From Candidatus Marinacidobacterium sp. (GTDB lineage Bacteria; Acidobacteriota; Vicinamibacteria; Marinacidobacterales; Marinacidobacteraceae): DNA of 64,000 nt. Of this stretch, positions 55,314-64,000 are shown one piece after another (the stretch's first letter is position 1; each line of letters opens with the position of its first letter). The notes beneath the pieces were generated by a model, which saw only the letters and a program-made list of their open reading frames with translations, was not told where the DNA came from and made no database searches. The translations under genes and the position numbers were made by a program. The stretch spans positions 1,490,266 to 1,554,265 of the forward strand of contig OZ242011.1 of the NCBI GenBank assembly GCA_965204755.1. The letters run 5' to 3'.

Positions 55314-57833
55314 ATGACCCCGCGGCGAGGGTCGCTGACCGGCGGCGCCGCCGCCTTCGCGCTGCTCGCGGCGCTCGGGAGCCCGGTGGCGCCCGCCCTC
55401 GCGCAGATGAGCCCGCTGCGTTTCCCGCCGGTCGCCGGCGGCCAGATCCGGATCGAGAACTACCTGGTCCCGCGGGTGACTTCCTGGCCGGCCTACCCGG
55501 CGTGGTCTCCGGACGGCAGCGAGATCGCCTTCGCCCTCGACGGGCGCCTGTGGGCCGTTCCGGCGGACGGCGGCGAAGCGCGGCAACTCACCGGCGGCCC
55601 GACCGACCCGGCCCCGGCGTACGACTTCGAGCCGGACTGGACGCCGGACGGGGAGTTCGTCGTCTTCTCCCGCGACCTCGACGGCAACCTCGACATCTGG
55701 CGGATCGCCGCCGCGGGAACCGGCGGCGGCGCGGCGCCGACCCGGCTCACCGACGACCCGGCGATGGACTTCCACCCGCGGGCCGGCGAAGGCGGCCGGG
55801 TTCTCTACTCCTCGGCCGGCGGCGGCGACTTCGACATCCGCGAGATCGGGCTCGAGGACGGCGAAGACCGCCTCCGCTGGGGCGGCGGCTCCAACGAGAT
55901 CCAGCCGGACCCGGGGCCGGGCGCCGGCGAGGACGCGTTCTTCGTCGCCGTCTCCTCGCGGTCGGACGCCCCCGGAACGGGCGGGATCTTCCGGGTGGAG
56001 GGGCCGGACGACGCCCGGGAACTCCACTTGGAGGAAACCACCTTCCGCACGCGGCCGGCCGTCTCCCCGGACGGCAAGACGATCGCCTTCGCCTCCGACA
56101 TCCGCGGGACCTACGACCTGTTCCTGCTGTCGTCCGAGGGCGGGATGCCGTTCCGGCTGACTCGGGATAACGATGCAGACGAGCGCGAACCCGCCTGGTC
56201 GCCGGACGGCTCGCGCATCGCGTACGCGACGAACCGGGGCCGCGAGCCGGAACTCCGGACGATCGGCGTCGAGGGCGGCGGTTCCCGGCGCCTGGCCATC
56301 CCGGGCCTTCGCCGGGCCGGCCCGGAGTGGGGGAGGCTGCGGGTCGAGAGCGACCTTCCGGCGCGGGCGACCGTGCTCGGCGCCGACGGCCGGGCCCACG
56401 CCCCGCGCGGCGCCTTCCGGCGCATCGTCTCCTACACCGAGACCCACTACTTCCACACCGCCGGGAGTTTCGAGGTCGAACTCCCGCCCGGCCGGGCCGT
56501 CGTCCGGCTGAAGCGCGGCGTCGAGTTCCGGCCGTTCCAACGGGAAGTCGAGATCCGTTCCGGCGAAGCGGCGGCGCTGGAAGTGCGCCTCGAACGGTTC
56601 GCGAACTCCGGCGAAGCGGGCTGGCATTCCGGGGACACCCATGTCCACGACCTCCACGCCGGCGACCTGCAGATCACTCCGGCGGACCTGGTGGCGCAGG
56701 CGGAAGCCGAGGCGGTGGAGGTGGTCCACGCGCTCATCCATGTGGACGGGAGCCGCACCATGGGCGACCCCGCCCGGTTCGTCCCCGGCGCCCACCCGGC
56801 GTCTTCGGGCGGCGTGCTGCTCCGCTACGGGCAGGAGTACCGGATGCCCTTCGGGCACCGCACCTTCCTGAATCCCGAGCGGCTGTTCTACCCGCTGGCC
56901 ACCGGGGTGCCCGGAACCGCCCGCGCCGCCCCCTTCCCGCCGCTCTTCGAGTACATCCGCCGGATCCGCGCCGAGCAGGGCGACCACCTCGTGGTGGGAA
57001 TGCCGCACCCCTACTTCGGCTATCTCGCCGCCGGGGAACCGTTCACCGGCGCCTCTCCTTCGGAGATCCCGGTGGATGCGGCCCTCGGGGTGGTGGACTT
57101 CTTCGACCTGAACTGCATCCCCAGTTCCGAGGCGGGCGCGGCGGCGATCTACGCCCGGCTGCTGAACGCCGGGTTCCGGCTCGCGGCCGCCGGGGGTTCC
57201 GACACTTTCTCGGACACCTCCCGCGACCCCCCGCTCGGTACCGGCCGCACCTACGCGCGGGTGGAGGGGGAGTTGACCGTCGAGAAGTGGGACCGGGCGC
57301 TGAAGGCCGGGCGCAGTTACTCGACGAACGGGCCGCTGCTCGAACTCGCGGTGGACGGCGCCGGAATGGGCGAGGAAGTCCGCCGCCCGGCCGGGGCGGC
57401 GCTGCCGGTGGCAGCCCGCGCCGTTTCCGCCGTCCCGATGGAGCGGCTGACGGTGCTCGTGAACGGGCAGCCGTGGCTGGAGGCCGTCGGGAACCCCGAC
57501 GCCGACCCGGTCGCCGACTCACCCTTCGAGTTGGAAGCGCGCGGCGAACTCGAACTCCCGGAGAGCGCCTGGATCGCCGTCCGCGTGGACGGCCCGAAAT
57601 CGGTATGGACGACCGACAGCGCCCTCTTCGCCCACTCCACCCCGGTGTACGCCGTCATCGGCGGCCGCCCGATCGTGGTGGAGAGCGACCGGGCCTACCT
57701 GGAGCGGATGATCGTGGACTTCGGGGAGGCGATGGAGCGTCGCGATGACTGGCGAAACGAGGAGCAGCGCCGCCTGGTCCTCGCCGGCGTCACCGAAGCC
57801 CTCGAACGAATCCGCTCCGCCGCGCGCCGATAG
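55314..57833 (+). CDS. Secreted fusion protein: TolB-like WD40 beta-propeller + CehA/McbA (PHP-like) metallohydrolase domain
   Basis: Signal peptide, then TolB-like repeats (…YPAWSPDGSEIAF…, …PDWTPDGEFVVFSRD…, …RPAVSPDGKTIAFAS…, …EPAWSPDGSRIAYAT…), then WHSGDTHVHD… metal-binding His cluster. Confidence 0.8.
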   Translation: MTPRRGSLTGGAAAFALLAALGSPVAPALAQMSPLRFPPVAGGQIRIENYLVPRVTSWPAYPAWSPDGSEIAFALDGRLWAVPADGGEARQLTGGPTDPAPAYDFEPDWTPDGEFVVFSRDLDGNLDIWRIAAAGTGGGAAPTRLTDDPAMDFHPRAGEGGRVLYSSAGGGDFDIREIGLEDGEDRLRWGGGSNEIQPDPGPGAGEDAFFVAVSSRSDAPGTGGIFRVEGPDDARELHLEETTFRTRPAVSPDGKTIAFASDIRGTYDLFLLSSEGGMPFRLTRDNDADEREPAWSPDGSRIAYATNRGREPELRTIGVEGGGSRRLAIPGLRRAGPEWGRLRVESDLPARATVLGADGRAHAPRGAFRRIVSYTETHYFHTAGSFEVELPPGRAVVRLKRGVEFRPFQREVEIRSGEAAALEVRLERFANSGEAGWHSGDTHVHDLHAGDLQITPADLVAQAEAEAVEVVHALIHVDGSRTMGDPARFVPGAHPASSGGVLLRYGQEYRMPFGHRTFLNPERLFYPLATGVPGTARAAPFPPLFEYIRRIRAEQGDHLVVGMPHPYFGYLAAGEPFTGASPSEIPVDAALGVVDFFDLNCIPSSEAGAAAIYARLLNAGFRLAAAGGSDTFSDTSRDPPLGTGRTYARVEGELTVEKWDRALKAGRSYSTNGPLLELAVDGAGMGEEVRRPAGAALPVAARAVSAVPMERLTVLVNGQPWLEAVGNPDADPVADSPFELEARGELELPESAWIAVRVDGPKSVWTTDSALFAHSTPVYAVIGGRPIVVESDRAYLERMIVDFGEAMERRDDWRNEEQRRLVLAGVTEALERIRSAARR

Positions 57834-58231
57834 CGACTCTCGAATTCAAGCGGGGCGGGACTGCGCCTGGTAGTCCCATGGGGTCGCACGACGGCGTTTC
57901 GAAGCACCGCCCCACCCGGCTTGAAGCCGAGCGTTCCCTCTGTCGGGCTTGCCAAGCATCCCTCACTCACGAAGAGGTGTCGGATGGGATGCGACCCTTG
58001 GCCGGGAATGTAGCGCGAGAACGCCCCCGAAGCACTCCACCGGCGTCAGTCGGCTCCGGCGGCGACGGACCTGACCTCGCGGCGCTCTCGGACGGGAGGA
58101 ACCAGTGGCGGTCGTCCCCGATTTCCGAAAGGCGGGGGCTGCCCGGCGCTTCTCGGTGCGGCGAACGATCCGTTCCTTCGGGTGGCCCGAAAGAACGAGC
58201 GCGGCGCTGACGCCTATCGCGTCCGGTCCGG

Positions 58232-59257
58232 TCAGATGACAACTTGGCGCAACCGCCGGACGGCCGCTTCGTAGAACTCCGGGACGATTTCGGCGCTGAA
58301 GCATCGTCTGTCGAGAACGGCGGACGAGAGCGCGGCCGGACAGAGTCCTCCGAACGGCTCCCAAACGACATCCCCCGGATCGGTGCTGGCCTCGATGGCG
58401 ATTCGGATGAGCGCCACCGGCTTCTGGCTGCCGTGGAGGCTCCGGTACTTCCACTTCATTCGAGAGCGAACGCCGCGGAGGCGTTCCCGCCCGGAAACCT
58501 GGGGATGGCGCCAGACATTCGTGATACCGACGGAGCAGCGGAACTTCGCGCGCATCCGCGTCCAGTCGGCGGCGGTGAGCGGCTCTCGACCGTCGAGACT
58601 GAAGTACGGCCGACCCTTCGGATCGCCGTTCTCGTTCGCATGGCGAACGAGGCGCGCAAACAGGCGCGGGGGCGGGTGGTACCAGTGATGGTCGGCGGTC
58701 AGGTACTTGCGCGTGGCGGCGCTCGACACCCCGCAGGCGTCGTTGGCGGCGCGGTAGGGAAGACCGGTGCGCCTCCACTCCGCCCGGAGCCAGTCCTGCG
58801 CGGAAACCCGTCCCCCGGGCGCGGCGAAGCGAGCCGGCAGCACGTACTGCGCGCACGCTTCGGTGACCACCGGAAACTTGCGAAGCGTCGCCGTGTTGCA
58901 ATTGCCGGCGACATGACCGAGCCCCTTGTCCCAGATGTGGCACGAGCGGTATTCCCAACCGTACTCCGCGAGCACCGGATGCACCGTCGCCCAGCCGAGT
59001 TCGGTATTCCAAAACCACAGGGTCGTCTCCGGGCTCGAGCCGGCGGTCCATTCGCGAATGTGAGGCCGATACCACTCGGCGAGGCCGCGCGCGTCCGGGA
59101 GATCGCCGGGGAACCCGCCGACGCCGTACGGCCCGTCCACGATCACGCACACCGGTGTCGGCCAAGTGGCGTACAGTCCTTCGGCGGGCGCGAAATGGAT
59201 CGCTACGCCGCCTCGTCGAAACGAGTCTGCCGCCGGCGACGCGGGCGGGTGCTCCAC
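58232..59257 (-). CDS. Beta-class DNA methyltransferase (N6-adenine or N4-cytosine; pfam N6_N4_Mtase-like), solitary
   Basis: Motif IV-like VIVDGPYGV is N-terminal, then a (S/H)xQKP motif (SLHGSQKPVALIRIAIE), then motif I (VVWEPFGGLCPAA). This beta-class order fits a small Type II/orphan MTase. The GTG start is at 59257; GC (~62%) is lower than the flanks. Confidence 0.8.
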   Translation of the reverse strand: MEHPPASPAADSFRRGGVAIHFAPAEGLYATWPTPVCVIVDGPYGVGGFPGDLPDARGLAEWYRPHIREWTAGSSPETTLWFWNTELGWATVHPVLAEYGWEYRSCHIWDKGLGHVAGNCNTATLRKFPVVTEACAQYVLPARFAAPGGRVSAQDWLRAEWRRTGLPYRAANDACGVSSAATRKYLTADHHWYHPPPRLFARLVRHANENGDPKGRPYFSLDGREPLTAADWTRMRAKFRCSVGITNVWRHPQVSGRERLRGVRSRMKWKYRSLHGSQKPVALIRIAIEASTDPGDVVWEPFGGLCPAALSSAVLDRRCFSAEIVPEFYEAAVRRLRQVVI

Positions 59258-59290
59258 GCCGACAATTCTGCGCGTTCGGTAGGACAGGAA

Positions 59291-60838
59291 ATGTCGCGGG
59301 CCGGCCGACCCGGGGCCGATCGGGTTCGGAGGCGAAACGGCGAACGCCGCCCCTTCGCCGGAGGGGGGGATACGGCGACGCGGCCACTCCTGAGACCGGA
59401 GCGTTCGGCCGAGGTCGTCGTCGTCGGGGCCGGGCCGGCGGGGGCGCTGGCGGCGCGGCAGTTGGCTCGGTTCGGGGTCGAGGTCGTCCTCGTCCATCGG
59501 GCTCGGCGGCAGCAGCGGGCGGAGAGTCTGGGGGCTTCCGCGGCGCGGCTGCTCGGCTCCTACGGGCTGGAACTGCCGGAGTCGGTGTTCTCGCCGCGTC
59601 CCTCCGACCACTTCGTGTTCTGGGGCGGACGCGAGGATCGGGTGGCCGCCCAGCCGGAGGATCCCGGGCGATTCGGCGAGGGGCAGCGACTGGTCTGGCG
59701 CGGCGCGCTCGACGAGTGGGCGCTCGCGGAGGCGAAGCGCGCCGGCGCGATCGTCCTGGAGGGGTCCGCGGCGCCGGCGGACGATGCGGCGCGACGGGGC
59801 GGGGGAGTCGTCCGGGTGCGGGAGAGCGCAGGGCGCGCGTTCCGGATCGAGGCGCGGGCGGTCGTGGACGCCAGCGGGCGGAGCGGGGCCTTCACCGGCG
59901 CGAGGCGCATCCGGCCCGACTTCCGGACGACCGCCCTGACCGCGCACTTCGCGGGGAGCGAAGCGCGGGGGACTTCCGTGGTCTCGTTCCCGGACGGGTG
60001 GATCTGGAGCGCGCCGCTGCCGGACGGACGACGGGAGGTGACGGCGCTGGTGGACGCGGAGGCCGCCGCGGGGAACGCCGAGGGCTGCTTCCACGCGGCG
60101 GCGGCCTCGGCGGCGGCAGCGGCCCCGGGAGTGCGGCGCTTCCTCTCCGGTTCGCAGATGGCGGCGGTCCGCGCTGCGGACGCCACGCCCTATGTGTCGG
60201 GAGCGGCGCCGCCGGAGAGGGCGAGCGCGACCGTCTTGGCGGTGGGGGACGCGTCGAGCGCGCTCGACCCGTTGACCGGGCTCGGGGTCCTGAAGGCGAT
60301 GGACTCCGGGCTGACCGGGGCGGTCGCGCTCCGGACGGCGCTCGCCCGTCCGGAGGACGCCGCGCTCGCGCTGGCCTTCCACGCCGACAAGGAGCGCGGG
60401 CTCGCCGCCGGGAGCGCGGAGCGGATCGCCGGCTTCTACGCCGAGGAGCGGCGGTTCGCCGACCGCCCGTTCTGGCGCCGCCGCGCCGGGACGCCTCCGT
60501 CGCCGTCCCCGCCGCCCGCGCCGCCGAGTCCGGAGACCCCGCTCCATCCGGCGAAGGATGCGCGGATCGAGACGCGGGGGGTGCTCGAAGGCGACTGGAT
60601 CGTTCCCGCGGAAGTCGTCGTCCGGCCGGGCCGCCACCGGCCGGCGCATCGCGTCGGGGGCGCGCCGCTCGCGCCCCTGTTCCGGGGCGCCGAAGGAGGG
60701 GCCACCGCCGCCGAACTGGCGCGGCGAGTCCCGGGGACCGGCGCTTCCGGGATTCGGGCGGTCGGCTGGCTCGTCCGGGAGGGGTTCCTCGCCCCGGAGC
60801 GGGGCGGTCAGCCTCCCCGCCGCGAACGCTCCGACTGA
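59291..60838 (+). CDS. FAD-dependent oxidoreductase (geranylgeranyl-reductase/flavin-halogenase-like)
   Basis: Rossmann VVVVGAGPAGALAARQLARFGVEVVLV, DASG motif (VVDASGRSGAF) and GWIWSAPL resembling the WxWxIP halogenase motif. The first ~40 aa are Arg-rich and the start is uncertain. Confidence 0.7.
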   Translation: MSRAGRPGADRVRRRNGERRPFAGGGDTATRPLLRPERSAEVVVVGAGPAGALAARQLARFGVEVVLVHRARRQQRAESLGASAARLLGSYGLELPESVFSPRPSDHFVFWGGREDRVAAQPEDPGRFGEGQRLVWRGALDEWALAEAKRAGAIVLEGSAAPADDAARRGGGVVRVRESAGRAFRIEARAVVDASGRSGAFTGARRIRPDFRTTALTAHFAGSEARGTSVVSFPDGWIWSAPLPDGRREVTALVDAEAAAGNAEGCFHAAAASAAAAAPGVRRFLSGSQMAAVRAADATPYVSGAAPPERASATVLAVGDASSALDPLTGLGVLKAMDSGLTGAVALRTALARPEDAALALAFHADKERGLAAGSAERIAGFYAEERRFADRPFWRRRAGTPPSPSPPPAPPSPETPLHPAKDARIETRGVLEGDWIVPAEVVVRPGRHRPAHRVGGAPLAPLFRGAEGGATAAELARRVPGTGASGIRAVGWLVREGFLAPERGGQPPRRERSD

Positions 60839-60841
60839 CCG

Positions 60842-62074
60842 CTACGCCGAGCAGCCGCGGGCGGCGACCGGCCAGACCGCCTCGACCACCCCGCCGCGGA
60901 CGGCGTACATCCGGTCGTAGAGATTCACCACCGGGTCGCAGTGGGAGACGATGAGTTCGAGTCGGTCGCCGACCCGGTAGGTGCGGCTGGGATCCTCGTA
61001 GCGGAGCGTCCCGAACTCGTCGGAGCCGGAGGTGTAGGTCATCCCGGTCTCGCCCTTCACGATCGCCCAGGGCCGGTTGATCGTGCACGCCTTCGCCCCG
61101 GCGTCGGTGGTGGCGCGGCCTTCGTACTGGGCGTTCAGCACCGTCGCCAGGACCGTGAGCGACGGCCGGAAGTCGGTGTACGCCTCCGGGTCGGACTCGC
61201 CGCCGATGGCCAGGTACTGGGCGTCCATGAAGACATAACTCCCGGCCTGCACATCGGTGAAGCCGGGCGTCCCGTGGTCGATGTTGTAGGTGCCCGTGCC
61301 GCCGCCGCTGAAGATGCCGGTGTCGAGCCCTGACGCCTCCATCCGCTCGCAGGTTTCGGCGGCCGCCGCCAGCCGCCCGAGCGTCTGTTCGCGCCGCTTC
61401 TCGAAGCCGTGGACATGCTGCGAACCGCCGTCGTAGCAGAGCAGGCCGCGCAGCCGAAGCCCCGGCAGCCGGTCCACCAGCCGGGCCAGCGCGAGCGCCG
61501 GGTCGCCCGGCGTGATTCCCGTGCGGTGGCCGCCGGGGTCCACATCCACCACCACCTCGGCGGTAACGCCGGCGGCCCCGGCCGCCTCGGAAAGCATCCG
61601 GGCGTTGTCCTCGGTGTCGGTGGCCTGGATGAACGACGGGTTCCGCTTCGCGAGCCCCATGGCGCGCCGGATCTTGTAGGGGGTCACATTGCTGGTGGTC
61701 ATCAGCAGCGGCCCGATCCCGTGGTCGTGGAGCGCCTGCGCCTCGCTGACCTTCGCCACCGAGATGCCGAGCGCGCCGGAGTCGAGTTGCATCCGGGCGA
61801 TCGCCGGGCACTTGTGGGTCTTGGCGTGCGGCCGCACGGCGATCCCGTTGGCGGTCACCGTCCGCTGCATGACCGCGAGGTTGGCTTCGAGGGCGTCGAG
61901 GTCCACGAGCAGCGCCGGGGTGTCCAGGTCGTGGACGGCCATCCCGTACTCCGGGGCCTCCGGGGTGGCGGCGGCGGGGTGCGGCGTTCGGGCGCCGGCG
62001 GCGGCGCTCGGGCCGAGCGCGGCCGCTCCGGCGGCGCCCAGGAAAACACGGCGGGACATCGAGTTCTCGGTCAT
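60842..62074 (-). CDS. DSD1-family PLP-dependent enzyme (D-serine deaminase/D-threonine aldolase-like, alanine-racemase fold) with Tat signal
   Basis: Twin-arginine motif SRRVFLGAAGAAALG; PLP-lysine region RPHAKTHKCPAIA; C-terminal domain typical of DSD1. Confidence 0.8.
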   Translation of the reverse strand: MTENSMSRRVFLGAAGAAALGPSAAAGARTPHPAAATPEAPEYGMAVHDLDTPALLVDLDALEANLAVMQRTVTANGIAVRPHAKTHKCPAIARMQLDSGALGISVAKVSEAQALHDHGIGPLLMTTSNVTPYKIRRAMGLAKRNPSFIQATDTEDNARMLSEAAGAAGVTAEVVVDVDPGGHRTGITPGDPALALARLVDRLPGLRLRGLLCYDGGSQHVHGFEKRREQTLGRLAAAAETCERMEASGLDTGIFSGGGTGTYNIDHGTPGFTDVQAGSYVFMDAQYLAIGGESDPEAYTDFRPSLTVLATVLNAQYEGRATTDAGAKACTINRPWAIVKGETGMTYTSGSDEFGTLRYEDPSRTYRVGDRLELIVSHCDPVVNLYDRMYAVRGGVVEAVWPVAARGCSA

Positions 62075-62375
62075 GCGGAGTTTGTATCAGACCCGCGGAG
62101 GCGGGGGCCGCCTCGGTGCCGCACCGCTCGGCGCTCCCCGTTGTCCGCCGGAGGGGGGCGTCGCCGGCCGCGCGCGGGCCCCGGTCGGGCGGCTCCGCTC
62201 CCGCCCCGGCCGCTGCCCATCGGGCTCTCCGCACCATCGGGCCTCCCCCGCCTAGAATCCGTCCCGCCACCCGGCGATGGGTTCCCTCCCCCCTCGGGGC
62301 GCTCCTGCGCACCGCGCCCCCTTCCCGCCCGACTTCCGGCCGTCCCGCCGGGCTTAGGCCCCTCTACACCGCCCC

Positions 62376-64000
<1,625 letters not shown>

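Noticed and set aside
57834-58231. Possible structured ncRNA (RNase P RNA, 6S or other) in the ORF-free region downstream of the solitary MTase
   Set aside because: I compared both strands with RNase P conserved blocks (AGGAAAGUCCGGGCUCC, ACAGAA-CCGGCUUA) and found no convincing match. Only a local stem-loop (terminator-like) is evident.
59892-62312. 806-aa minus ORF over the FAD oxidoreductase and DSD1 genes
   Set aside because: Shadow frame. The real minus-strand gene (60842..62074) is in a different frame and has clear PLP-enzyme motifs.

Overview
This is a 64 kb stretch of a high-GC (~70%) bacterial chromosome. ADOP-type duplicated permeases and large secreted BNR/sortilin-like proteins suggest a Gemmatimonadota/Acidobacteriota-like organism, though I cannot verify that from sequence alone. 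I can support about 50 protein genes, two tRNAs (Met-CAT, Leu-CAA) and a tmRNA (ssrA). Most of the window is housekeeping: isoprenoid synthase, ALDH, TenA, a DASS transporter, glycerate kinase, pckA, gpmA, an amtB–P-II–glnA nitrogen operon, slt, mfd, moaA, trxA, czcD and several PPIases. Many 'long ORFs' in the supplied track are GC-driven shadow frames (Arg/Pro/Gly-rich) and are not called. Three lower-GC patches carry DNA-modification genes. The most interesting is a translationally coupled five-gene block at 25.8–31.2 kb, inserted directly after gpmA. It encodes a GHKL/MORC-like ATPase, two proteins with no recognisable family, a Dcm-type C5-cytosine methyltransferase and a Vsr endonuclease. 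The GHKL gene is interrupted by a 16-nt poly-C tract and vsr by a 1-nt frameshift. The second patch holds a solitary beta-class DNA methyltransferase (58.2–59.3 kb). The third is a Type III mod gene at the window end (62.4–64.0 kb) that is split by a 34-nt poly-G tract. Both homopolymer tracts put their gene out of frame by the same amount (one extra base would restore each). They could be phase-variation switches or assembly artefacts.
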